DNA of 64,000 nucleotides from NCBI GenBank assembly GCA_036522415.1, contig DATDFV010000230.1:43783-107782 (forward strand), written 5' to 3'. The notes below the pieces were generated by a model. It saw nothing but the letters and a program-made list of their open reading frames with translations, ran no database searches and was not told where the DNA came from. Below, in pieces: positions 37,868 to 47,268 of this stretch; positions within the stretch are counted from its first letter, which is position 1, and the number at the start of each line of letters is the position of its first letter. The position numbers and the translations under genes are program-made. Origin of the DNA: Pyrinomonadaceae bacterium (GTDB lineage Bacteria; Acidobacteriota; Blastocatellia; Pyrinomonadales; Pyrinomonadaceae).

Positions 37868-40267
37868 TTGGAGGTCATCCGGATGTCCAGTGAAAGCATC
37901 CCAGCAAACGAGTACCCAGACCGCGTAGGATTCAAACCCGACAACCCATATCTGGCGACATTTCGACCTTACATACCGGCTGGCGTTCGGTTGCGCGAAT
38001 TGACTCCGATACCGCTGGTGATGGGCACCGTACTTGGAATCATCTTCGGAGCCTCGTCACTTTACCTTGTCTTGAAAGTTGGATTAACCGTCAGCGCGTC
38101 GATTCCCGTCGCCGTCATTTCGATCACACTCTTTCGCGTACTTTCGAAGCTCGGACTGCGCGACGCCACGATTCTCGAAAACAACATCGTTCAGACCGCT
38201 GGGTCTGCCGGGGAATCAATTGCATTTGGTATCGGTGTAACTATGCCGGCCATTCTAATCCTCGGCTTCGATCTTGAATTCACGAGAGTGATGCTCGTTG
38301 CAGTGCTCGGCGGATTGCTCGGAATCCTCATGATGATCCCGTTGAGAAGAGCGCTGATAGTTGCTCAGCATGGTTACTTGAAATATCCGGAAGGAACCGC
38401 ATGCGCCGAAGTGCTAAAAGCCGGCGCTTCTGATGAGTCACGGGCTGCCGCTGCGGAGGGTGCAAAAGAGAGCGGAATCATTGATGAAGCCACGACGGGC
38501 GGCAAGACCATAATTACTGGCTTTGGCATCGGGTTTTTATATTACGGCATCGAGCAAATCTGGAAGACGTGGAAAGAATACCCCACGAAAGTTTTCGGTA
38601 AGCCGTTCGAAGGCGGCTCGATTTCGATTGAGAACAATCCCGCACTTCTTGGTGTCGGCTACATCATTGGCCCACGAATCGCCTCTATTATGGTCGGCGG
38701 CGGTGTTCTTGCCTACCTCGTTTTGATTCCGGCGATTAAATACTTCGGCGGCGGTTGGATGACTCCACTTGCTCCCGAAACCACTCACCTGATCAAAGAC
38801 ATGAGCGTCACTCAAATCCAAAAGGGCTACATCCTTTACATCGGTGCAGGCGCTGTCGCTGCGGGTGGAATTATTAGCCTGTTCAGATCGCTGCCAGTTA
38901 TCTGGAGTGGATTGAAAGGTGGATTGGCTGACTTAAGAACTTCTGGTAGTGCCTCAACGGCAAACGCTCCTCGAACAGATCAGGATCTGTCGATGAAGTT
39001 CGTTTTGGGCGGAATCGTCGCATTGATTCTCGTGATCATGGCGGTGCCGCAGCTGAATCTGCGCTTCAACATACTAGGCGCGCTCCTGATCATCGCGTTT
39101 GGTTTCTTGTTCGTGACGGTCTCCTCTCGGTTAACAGGCGAAGTTGGATCGTCTTCAAACCCAATTTCCGGAATGACGGTGGCGACGTTGCTGCTGACAT
39201 GTTTGGTGTTCCTCATCATTAAGTGGACAGCACCTCCGTATTTTGTCACTGCGTTGTCGATTGGAGGAATCGTTTGTATTGCCGCCTCGAACGGTGGAAC
39301 GACGTCGCAGGATCTGAAAACAGGTTTCCTGGTTGGCTCCACTCCGAAGTTTCAGCAAATTGCAATCCTGGTTGGAGCATTAACATCGGCAATTGCTCTG
39401 GGCCCCATTTTGTTGGCGATGAACCAATCGGGCAGTGTTTATGTGCCCGTCGCGCAGAATAAAGATTTTTCGTTCCCCGCTGGTTTCCACTTCAATTCAG
39501 ACGAGTATGTACAGAGTGGCGGGGCTGCCAAGCGAGAAGCGTTGCAAGGTGGTCAGGCAAGTTCCGACAGCAATCAGTATTACGTAGTTCACAAGACCTC
39601 GACAGCATATGGTCCGCCGGGACGCTACCTCGTAAACGATCAGGGCGTGCCGGTGTATCTCGCCGATCCCGGAATAAATGGTATTTACGACAAAGTGCCC
39701 GGCACGAATCAAACAGTCGCGAAGTTTACGGCTCCCAAAGCGACTCTGATGTCTTACATCATCAAAGGCATTTTGAGTCGAGAGCTTCCATGGGGTCTCG
39801 TGCTCCTTGGAGTGTTCATTACGATCGTTTTAGAGCTGAGTGGTGTGCCCTCGCTTGCGTTTGCAGTCGGGGTTTATTTGCCAATTTCAACTTCTGCGCC
39901 GATCTTCGTGGGTGGTGTTGTGCGGTGGTTAGTCGATAAATACCTGCGAAAGAAACCAGAGAACGCTCGCCTTACTGAAGAAGAAATGGCCGCCGAGACT
40001 GATAAAAGTCCGGGAGTGTTGCTCGCATCAGGTTACATTGCCGGCGCAACCTTGGCAGGTGTCATCTATGCTTTCCTGAATTTAAACGAGAAGATCGTTA
40101 CGAAGCTGAAAGGCTATGAAGACTGGGCCACCAATAACAACCCATTCTTTGAAGGACCGCATTCAGACTGGATGGGACTAATTCCGTTTCTGATATTGAC
40201 TGTCTTACTTTACTTTGTTGGCCGGGAATTGTTGCTGACACCGAAACCCTACCGGAGAGAAGAGTGA
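37868..40267 (+). CDS. OPT-family oligopeptide transporter
   Basis: About 16 TM helices with an OPT-superfamily architecture and a large periplasmic insert. Confidence 0.85.
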   Translation: MEVIRMSSESIPANEYPDRVGFKPDNPYLATFRPYIPAGVRLRELTPIPLVMGTVLGIIFGASSLYLVLKVGLTVSASIPVAVISITLFRVLSKLGLRDATILENNIVQTAGSAGESIAFGIGVTMPAILILGFDLEFTRVMLVAVLGGLLGILMMIPLRRALIVAQHGYLKYPEGTACAEVLKAGASDESRAAAAEGAKESGIIDEATTGGKTIITGFGIGFLYYGIEQIWKTWKEYPTKVFGKPFEGGSISIENNPALLGVGYIIGPRIASIMVGGGVLAYLVLIPAIKYFGGGWMTPLAPETTHLIKDMSVTQIQKGYILYIGAGAVAAGGIISLFRSLPVIWSGLKGGLADLRTSGSASTANAPRTDQDLSMKFVLGGIVALILVIMAVPQLNLRFNILGALLIIAFGFLFVTVSSRLTGEVGSSSNPISGMTVATLLLTCLVFLIIKWTAPPYFVTALSIGGIVCIAASNGGTTSQDLKTGFLVGSTPKFQQIAILVGALTSAIALGPILLAMNQSGSVYVPVAQNKDFSFPAGFHFNSDEYVQSGGAAKREALQGGQASSDSNQYYVVHKTSTAYGPPGRYLVNDQGVPVYLADPGINGIYDKVPGTNQTVAKFTAPKATLMSYIIKGILSRELPWGLVLLGVFITIVLELSGVPSLAFAVGVYLPISTSAPIFVGGVVRWLVDKYLRKKPENARLTEEEMAAETDKSPGVLLASGYIAGATLAGVIYAFLNLNEKIVTKLKGYEDWATNNNPFFEGPHSDWMGLIPFLILTVLLYFVGRELLLTPKPYRREE

Positions 40268-40278
40268 GTGCCCGGACC

Positions 40279-40336
40279 TCAGATCGCAGATCCCAGATCT
40301 CAGAATCAGGTTCCCTTGGATCTGAGATCTGAGATC
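40279..40336. repeat. family A heptamer-array palindrome
   Basis: agatcgc agatccc agatctc agaatc...ggatctgagatctgagatc. Confidence 0.8.
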
Positions 40337-40361
40337 AAGTAATAAATCAGCTTCATTCTTT

Positions 40362-41138
40362 ATGTCGCACCGAACTCAAATCTCAGTTTGCCTTCTGCTG
40401 CTTCTAACTTTGGTCGTGACGCCAAGTGTGTTTGGTCAAAACACGCCGCGTTCGCCTAGTGAAACGATGCGTATGTTCTATCAGTTGATGCGCGAGAAGA
40501 AGTTTCGCGAAGCGTTTGCGCTCTCGATCTATCGTTCATCGATCGAAGGCCTGTCGCCGCGGGAGTTTGAAGATCTTCGACCCGATTTCGAGAAAATGGC
40601 CGCCGCCGTTAGTGAAAGGATTCCTGATAAGATCGACATTTCGGGCGAGCAGATCAGCGGTGATCTGGCTACCGTATTTGTGAAAACGGTCGACGCCGAC
40701 GGCAAGGAGACAGTCGAACCTGCCGCCTTAATGAAGATCGATAACAACTGGGTCGTCGGCGATAAAGAAAGCCTCGAAGTGGTGAAGAAGGCGGGGAAGC
40801 AGTTCTTCTTTGAGGCTCGTATAAACGCACATCACAGCGATGTGCAAGACATGCTGACACGGATCTCGCTTGCGGAAGTGGCATACAGCCAGGGTCACAA
40901 CGGACAGTTTGGCAACACGGCTGAGCTGATCACGGGTGGTTTTATTCCGAAAGACCTCGAAAGCACGGAATCTACCGGTTATCGTTTTCAAGTTAACCGG
41001 GCCGTCGACGCCAAAACCTGGTACGCCACGGCTGAGCCTGCGCAGTATGGCCGCACTGGAAGACTGTCGTTCTACCTCGACGCCTCTGGAGTTAGAAGTG
41101 GGGATGTCGGCGGAAAGCCCCTAATCGTTAAGAATTGA
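40362..41138 (+). CDS. hypothetical secreted protein
   Basis: Signal peptide MSHRTQISVCLLLLLTLVVTPSVFGQ. The C-terminal region is pseudopilin-like (TGYRFQV...WYATAEP). Confidence 0.55.
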   Translation: MSHRTQISVCLLLLLTLVVTPSVFGQNTPRSPSETMRMFYQLMREKKFREAFALSIYRSSIEGLSPREFEDLRPDFEKMAAAVSERIPDKIDISGEQISGDLATVFVKTVDADGKETVEPAALMKIDNNWVVGDKESLEVVKKAGKQFFFEARINAHHSDVQDMLTRISLAEVAYSQGHNGQFGNTAELITGGFIPKDLESTESTGYRFQVNRAVDAKTWYATAEPAQYGRTGRLSFYLDASGVRSGDVGGKPLIVKN

Positions 41139-41147
41139 AGCCCTCTT

Positions 41148-41238
41148 ATCCTGGGACCGCAGGCGTCCCCGCCTGCCCGCGTCCAACCTAAGCCCATATT
41201 GGTAACGGGGGCAGGCGGGGACGCCTGCGGTCCCAGCA
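41148..41238. repeat. family C REPIN
   Basis: cctgggaccgcaggcgtccccgcctgcccgcgtcc...gggggcaggcggggacgcctgcggtcccagc. Confidence 0.85.
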
Positions 41239-41372
41239 CGACAGTCGCCTCACATCTCCGATATTTCTATTGCGTCACTCAAGCCCGTTTTCTAGAATGG
41301 ACTTGCGGCCAAATCCCCCATCGCTGCTCATTGCCCTTCCTCAACGGTCCGAGAAAACTTCTTGGTACCTAA

Positions 41373-41816
41373 ATGTCGGGACTTTCGCGCAGGCTTGTAT
41401 CTCATTTACGCCGTTACATTGCTAACCGGCGACGAACTAAACGTGCGCGCGCGAGATTGGACTTTACGCTCAGTTTTGAAGATCCCCGGACAAGCTCAAA
41501 CGGCTGGCGACGTCTGCCATCGTTGAATGGCCACACCCTGGATTTGAGCACGAGTGGGGTTGGTCTGGTCGTGTCTGCCATTCGAATTGGTGAACACTAC
41601 CTGGTTGGTGGAGAACGTCGGTTACACTTGAAACTGAACCTGCCTGATGGCCCGGTGGAATTGAACGTTGTGCCTGTTCGATATGAAAGTCTTGAGGAGG
41701 ATCCGGAGGAAAGCGGTTACTTAATCGGCGCGAGGATCGCTGACGTAAATGAACAGGATCGATCGCGTTTCATTGAATACGTTCAGAAACTGTTACGTAA
41801 ACAGGGTGGAAGCTAA
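41373..41816 (+). CDS. PilZ-domain protein
   Basis: RxxxR...D/NxSxxG pattern (LDLSTSGVGL). Confidence 0.6.
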   Translation: MSGLSRRLVSHLRRYIANRRRTKRARARLDFTLSFEDPRTSSNGWRRLPSLNGHTLDLSTSGVGLVVSAIRIGEHYLVGGERRLHLKLNLPDGPVELNVVPVRYESLEEDPEESGYLIGARIADVNEQDRSRFIEYVQKLLRKQGGS

Positions 41817-41817
41817 G

Positions 41818-42459
41818 TTACTTGAATCTGAGTCGGCCAAACGCTGACGGCACGTGAAAATTTGGTTGCGGCGTTCTCGTCGGTTGCCAGGCGAGATATC
41901 GAGTTTCTTCGTCAGGGCCAACACAGCGAAAGAGATTTATTCCCCAGTAGTCACCGCTTTTGGGTTTTGGGATTTCGTCGCTCCAGGGAATAGTAATACC
42001 AACTCTAATTTGCCGCTCTCCGATTTCAGCGATTGCCGTCATTCCTGATTTGTAGTGCCAATCCGTTTTTCTATCCTGGTCAGTAAGCTCTATTCCCAGG
42101 TCAACCCACTCGCCCGTCGGCGCCGCTTCGAATTCGTAGTACCGCTGCGGTTCTTTGAGATCTGGCGCTAAGAAAACTTCGCAAACATCTCGGTCCCACA
42201 GTCCGATTGTCTTTACGTTTGTCTGAGGATGTTCCGAAATAACAAGCGGCTCATTTTGTTCACAGACAAAACGGATGTGCAATGATTCCTCACTCCAGCA
42301 CGTTCGCACCTCAGCATGACGCGTGGCCGAAGCAAGATCACCTGACCAGTAGCGTTCAATTCGAACAGGCTCACAAGATTCCCAAACGAGATTATTCAGG
42401 ATCGACCCGGCAAGCTCCTTCGCGTAAGAGGCGACAACTATGTTGTTTGAATTAGTCAT
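41818..42459 (-). CDS. hypothetical protein, CBM9-like/DOMON-like fold suggested
   Basis: 213-aa ORF with no clear catalytic motif. Confidence 0.5.
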   Translation of the reverse strand: MTNSNNIVVASYAKELAGSILNNLVWESCEPVRIERYWSGDLASATRHAEVRTCWSEESLHIRFVCEQNEPLVISEHPQTNVKTIGLWDRDVCEVFLAPDLKEPQRYYEFEAAPTGEWVDLGIELTDQDRKTDWHYKSGMTAIAEIGERQIRVGITIPWSDEIPKPKSGDYWGINLFRCVGPDEETRYLAWQPTRTPQPNFHVPSAFGRLRFK

Positions 42460-43007
42460 CCGTTCTTGAGGGCCTCGAAGCAGAGATCGAGTAACTGCTT
42501 TGGATCATCGTTCGTAAATACTCGAGCACCCGTAAGCTTCCCAAATTTCTGTACCAGTGCGTCGGTCTCATCCGCAACTCCTCCTGTGCCGGACAGACTG
42601 CCAATGATCTTTCCTTCGTCGTGAGCAATCGTGAATTCGTTGAGTGAACCCATCTTGCCAGAGATAACCAAAACGATGTCGCACGAGCGTACGAGAACAA
42701 CATTTCTGCCCTTCAGTCCGAAGCCTGTATAGACAATTGCGTCACAAGCATCGAGAGGAAGTTTGTACCTTTCGACATGTTCCTGTTCGTTACTTCCCGG
42801 GGAGATGCCGATATGAAACGTGCCCTCATCGTGTGCGGTTTTGCCCACGATATAAACTACTCCGGTTGTGGCTCCCGTCAACAAAATGGCGTCGCGCTTC
42901 GCGATTGCCCGCGCCAGTGCTTCAGCTTTTTCGGTCAGGGTTTGCGCAGCTTCTGGTCGAGCAGCATCGATAGCGGAACCCCCGATCACTCCAATTTTTG
43001 TTTTCAT
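42456..43007 (-). CDS. LOG/TIGR00725-family Rossmann-fold protein
   Basis: IGVIGGS...GATTGVV...ISGKMGSLNEF motifs. Confidence 0.65.
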   Translation of the reverse strand: MKTKIGVIGGSAIDAARPEAAQTLTEKAEALARAIAKRDAILLTGATTGVVYIVGKTAHDEGTFHIGISPGSNEQEHVERYKLPLDACDAIVYTGFGLKGRNVVLVRSCDIVLVISGKMGSLNEFTIAHDEGKIIGSLSGTGGVADETDALVQKFGKLTGARVFTNDDPKQLLDLCFEALKNG

Positions 43008-43058
43008 AGGTTAACGTCGAGCAATTATGCCGTTCATTTGAAAATGAAACAGCGAGCC

Positions 43059-43268
43059 ACCCGTCGAACAGAAGTCAGTGTCCCTCACACACGAAGACCT
43101 CTTCTGTCGGAGGGCGGCCGTCCTCGGCCGCCCTGTCGAATAGAACTCAGGTACAACGGCAGTGGTTGCTCCGTTTCGGTCTCGCTATTCGGTGGGGGCG
43201 GCCGAGGACGGCCGCGCTCCGACAGAAGAGCTTTCGTGTGATAGGGAGAGTGGCTTCTGTTCGACGGG
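43059..43268. repeat. family D REPIN-like doublet
   Basis: cccgtcgaacagaag...ctcttctgtcggagggcggccgtcctcggccgccctgtcgaatag and inverted ggtgggggcggccgaggacggccgcgctccgacagaagag...tctgttcgacggg. Confidence 0.8.
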
Positions 43269-44552
43269 CGCTCGCACCATCGCTTCGCGGTCCCACAACG
43301 ACCTCGTTAGGAACCAAATGATCCCGGGCAATAAAAAGAAACTGCCAATTCCAATGGTTACTATTCGTGGTGAAATGCTGAACCGATCGAGTAATTCGCC
43401 CGTGACGTAATTCGAAGCCGCCATTGTCAACGTCAGTAGAGCTAACTCCGCGGCGAACACGCGACCTCTGAAATTGTCCTCAACACTTCGCTGCAATAAC
43501 ACTGTGGAAAACACCCAGAGAATACTGCCGCCCATATGCGCAATTCCAAGGACAATCAAAGCAAAAACAAAACTAGTTGCCGCACCGAACGCGATATAAC
43601 CAACGCCGCCGATCAGGAACGCAATCCCTATCGAAACCGTCAGGCTACTCTTTCCCTCGCCGGCCAGGCGCCGCGCTGCAATTGGCCCCACAGCAGTGCC
43701 TATTCCTCTCGCAGCGAAAAGAACACCGATTCCAGTGGCCGCACTTTTACCGACCGGAAAAATGCGTTCCCCGAAAACTGCCAGTAACGTCATTATTCCT
43801 CCGCCCAGGCCCCACGCTGGTTTCACCAGGAGCAGGGCGAGGACGCCAGGGCGTCGTTTGACGTAGCGCGCGCCCTCCAGCGTTTCGGTAATACCCAGTG
43901 CCTGTAAAAGGCTTAACTTGCGTCGTTCACGCTTCGGTCTCTTTGGCAAGCGCACATTGAAAATCAACACCGCTGAGAGCACATAACTTAACGCGTCAAG
44001 AATGAATGCAGCGTTGGTACCGAACCAGCCGGTGATTATTCCACCAATTGCCGCGCCTAAAGTCAGCATCACTGACCATGTCACCGACGATATTGAGTTG
44101 GCAGCTACCAACTCGCGATCGGCAACGAGAGAAGGTACGGCAGCAGTCTTCGCTGGTTCAAAGAATGTGGAGAGCGCAAGTTGGAGGACTGTTAAGACGT
44201 AGATAATCCAAAGTTGATCTGCCCGCCTGACAAACAGGAACCCAAGCACAACCAGTGCGCGCAACAGGTCCGACCAGATCATGATGGTACGCCGACTGAA
44301 CCGGTCGGCGACCACACCGGAAACAGGGCCGAATAGAAAGCTCGGCACGAACCGAGCGACGAGGAGTAATCCCACGTCGCGCCCGGAGCCGGTCAGATTG
44401 AGGATGATCGTGTAGAGCGCAATCGTGTCGAACCAGTCGCCCATCTGGCTGACGACTTGACCCAGCCACAACTGTCTAAAGTTACGATTGCGGCGAAGCA
44501 GATCGATATAGCCGACCGTGTACTCCGGAGTTTTGAAAGGTTTGATTGCCAA
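43185..44552 (-). CDS. MFS transporter, C-terminal tail encoded by a family D REP
   Basis: 12 TM helices. The last ~25 codons (...VEQKPLSLSHESSSVGARPSSAAPTE) read into repeat D2. Confidence 0.75.
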   Translation of the reverse strand: MAIKPFKTPEYTVGYIDLLRRNRNFRQLWLGQVVSQMGDWFDTIALYTIILNLTGSGRDVGLLLVARFVPSFLFGPVSGVVADRFSRRTIMIWSDLLRALVVLGFLFVRRADQLWIIYVLTVLQLALSTFFEPAKTAAVPSLVADRELVAANSISSVTWSVMLTLGAAIGGIITGWFGTNAAFILDALSYVLSAVLIFNVRLPKRPKRERRKLSLLQALGITETLEGARYVKRRPGVLALLLVKPAWGLGGGIMTLLAVFGERIFPVGKSAATGIGVLFAARGIGTAVGPIAARRLAGEGKSSLTVSIGIAFLIGGVGYIAFGAATSFVFALIVLGIAHMGGSILWVFSTVLLQRSVEDNFRGRVFAAELALLTLTMAASNYVTGELLDRFSISPRIVTIGIGSFFLLPGIIWFLTRSLWDREAMVRAPVEQKPLSLSHESSSVGARPSSAAPTE

Positions 44553-44566
44553 CAGTCAAAGTCCCA

Positions 44567-44685
44567 ATGTCCGACGAACTTTAGTTTGTCGTTGCGACCA
44601 ACTCAGATCGATGATTGATATGGGAACGCAGAAAACTCACGCCGTGTGATTCGCGCACCACGACAAACTAAAGTTCGTCGGACAC
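44567..44685. mobile_element. family B MITE-like element
   Basis: ATGTCCGACGAACTTTAGTTTGTCG ... CGACAAACTAAAGTTCGTCGGACAC. Confidence 0.8.
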
Positions 44686-45076
44686 CTTGTCAAACCGTTG
44701 TTCACAACCACCTTGACCGAAATTATCAATCTGACCTGTCAACTCGCTCAGACTGACCAGCAATGATGAATCAGTCCGCTGAAAAACGAGTTTTCACTCG
44801 CATTTCTCGCCTTATCTCAACGGCACACCACTTGAGAATAAGAAAAGGGCGGCTCAGAGGCTTCCGAGCCTCGCGGGCTCTCCGCACGGAGCTCGTAGCC
44901 GCCAAGTTTCAAATGTCTTGTCATCTCACCCAGCGCGGCGGCTCGAAACAAAAGGGCCGCCACCTTGCCCAATTCGCCGGAGGCGCATCTGAGTTGCTCC
45001 CAGATCGTCTCCGGCAACCTACGTTGAGATGACTTGCTGGAGTTGAGAACAGAAGGTCGAGTTCGCAGGAGAACAA

Positions 45077-47089
45077 ATGCTGCTATCCCCCTCCCAACAC
45101 AACCGCTCAGGGGTGGTTAATGCCTCTCTGCGTGACTCTTTGCTTGTTTGGTGGCAGAAATATCAACTTGCTGTTTCGTGGACATTACTGGTTGTACCGC
45201 TAGCTGCCGCCATGTTCTACAGCACTACTCTTCAGCCTCTCTTGCCCTATCTCTTCATTTCTCCAGTATCGATATTCGCAGGCTACCTGATTTATCGCGG
45301 CACTGTTTCACGATTAAAGATAAAAACAAGCGAGGTTGAAGCGCTAAGCAAACTTCATCTCGCAACCGCCGAGGCGCTTGCGACAGCAATCGACGCAAAG
45401 GATCAGATTACACATTGTCACGTTCGCCGCGTGCAGGTTTACGCCGCGCGGATGGGCGAGGTTTTTGGCCTGTCAGATAACGAAATCTCAGCCTTGAAAG
45501 CTGGTGCGGTGCTGCACGACATCGGCAAGCTCGCCGTGCCTCCACATATTTTGAACAAACCGGGGCGGCTGACCCCCGCAGAGTTTGAGAAGATGAAGAT
45601 TCATACGGTTGTGGGTGCGCAAATCCTGAGTCGGGTGGACTTTCCTTATCCCATCGTACCGATAATCCGTCATCATCACGAACGCTGGGACGGCCGCGGA
45701 TATCCGGATCGCCTGAAGGGTGAACAGATCCCAATAACGGCAAGAATCATTTCTGTCGTTGATTGCTTTGATTCGGTTCGTGAAGACCGGCCGTTTCGTC
45801 GTGGTATGACAATCGACGAGGCCACTGCATTGCTGCGACGTGGCTCGGGGATTCATTTCGACCCTCACGTCGTGGATCAATTTCTGAGACATCTGTCCGA
45901 GTTTGACGCGGAAATAGCAGCTCTTGGTCTACAGCCTGCATCGACCGGCTCAGTTCATGATCAGCCAATGCATCTCAGTGACGTGGATATGACACAGACG
46001 CGAGAACGCGGCTCTTACATGGCCTACGATCAGATCAAGAAAGCACACGGCGAGGTCTACGCCCTGTATGAGATTGCGCGAACCTTCGGAACGTCGCTGG
46101 ATCTTGAACACACGCTCGAGAGTATGGTCGATAAGGTTGGACACGTCGTTCCCTTTGATAGCTGCGTCGTTTATTTCTACGATGAACTAAAGGGTTACGC
46201 GACTGCACGTCACGCTGTGGGCAAATACTCAGACCTGCTTAAAGGTCGATGTATTGCTCCAGGCGAGGGCGTGACAGGTTTTGCTCTCGCAAATCGTAGT
46301 GCTGTCAATCAACTTCATCCCAGCCTCGACTTTACCGATCTAAACCCGGCCGCCGGAATCAAATTCCAGGCAATGGCTTCATTGCCGTTGTTCAAAGATG
46401 ATTTGTTGCTCGGTGCCCTGTCAGTCTATTCGAACGATCTCGAGCAATATACTCACGATCACATGCGCCTGCTCGAGACCGTCACGAGACTCGCATCGGA
46501 TGCTCTTGCCAACGCAATGCAACACGCCGAAGCCGAGTCGCATGCGCTTACCGATGCGATAACCGGCTTGCCAAACTCTCGTTCTCTGTCAGTTCGCTTT
46601 GAGGAAGAGGCTGCGCGTGCACGACGAACGGGACGTAGCTTCCAGGTTGTGATGCTCGATCTGGACGAGTTCAAGAACGTCAACGACAGCTATGGCCACA
46701 AGCTTGGCGACAAGATGCTTCGAGAAGTTGCCTCATTGATTCAAAATCAACTTCGCGAATACGACTTTCTATGTCGTTATGCGGGTGATGAATTCGTTGC
46801 GCTTGTGCAGGAAGTTGTCGGTCTGCAAGTGGACGAACTCTGTCTGCGCATCGAAAATGTGGTTTCAAAGTTCTCTTTATCTGTTGGTCGCAATAAGCAG
46901 GCGCGCGTCGGCATCAGCATTGGAACCGCCACGTTTGGCACCGACGGCGACACGTTGGATCAGCTACTCAACGCCGCGGACGATAAGATGTACAGAATGA
47001 AGTCGATCCATCGCCTTGAGCGGAGTATGCCACCATTGCCACCGGCGTCAGATCCGAAGGAAGTATTGCCAGGAGCGGCGAGTAGTTAA
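45077..47089 (+). CDS. membrane-anchored HD-GYP phosphodiesterase + GAF + GGDEF (AGDEF variant) c-di-GMP signalling protein
   Basis: HD motif (HDIGK) and HHERWDGRGYP (GYP motif), a GAF segment, and RYAGDEFVAL in the GGDEF domain. Confidence 0.8.
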   Translation: MLLSPSQHNRSGVVNASLRDSLLVWWQKYQLAVSWTLLVVPLAAAMFYSTTLQPLLPYLFISPVSIFAGYLIYRGTVSRLKIKTSEVEALSKLHLATAEALATAIDAKDQITHCHVRRVQVYAARMGEVFGLSDNEISALKAGAVLHDIGKLAVPPHILNKPGRLTPAEFEKMKIHTVVGAQILSRVDFPYPIVPIIRHHHERWDGRGYPDRLKGEQIPITARIISVVDCFDSVREDRPFRRGMTIDEATALLRRGSGIHFDPHVVDQFLRHLSEFDAEIAALGLQPASTGSVHDQPMHLSDVDMTQTRERGSYMAYDQIKKAHGEVYALYEIARTFGTSLDLEHTLESMVDKVGHVVPFDSCVVYFYDELKGYATARHAVGKYSDLLKGRCIAPGEGVTGFALANRSAVNQLHPSLDFTDLNPAAGIKFQAMASLPLFKDDLLLGALSVYSNDLEQYTHDHMRLLETVTRLASDALANAMQHAEAESHALTDAITGLPNSRSLSVRFEEEAARARRTGRSFQVVMLDLDEFKNVNDSYGHKLGDKMLREVASLIQNQLREYDFLCRYAGDEFVALVQEVVGLQVDELCLRIENVVSKFSLSVGRNKQARVGISIGTATFGTDGDTLDQLLNAADDKMYRMKSIHRLERSMPPLPPASDPKEVLPGAASS

Positions 47090-47127
47090 TAGGACCTATA
47101 TGACCAATAGGACCCATATGACCTATT
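47088..47127. repeat. family G element (9-mer period)
   Basis: aataggacct atatgacca ataggaccc atatgacct att. Confidence 0.75.
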
Positions 47128-47268
47128 GCCGCTGAGACTGACCAGTGCCACCCCCGATCATTCATCTTGACACAATCCGTCCTCATCGCTTTCAATCGAG
47201 CCTGAGCACTCTTCCAAGTGCTTGCCCCGTAGGGATCCTGCAACTTGTTAGTTCCGGCCCGTTGAAGC

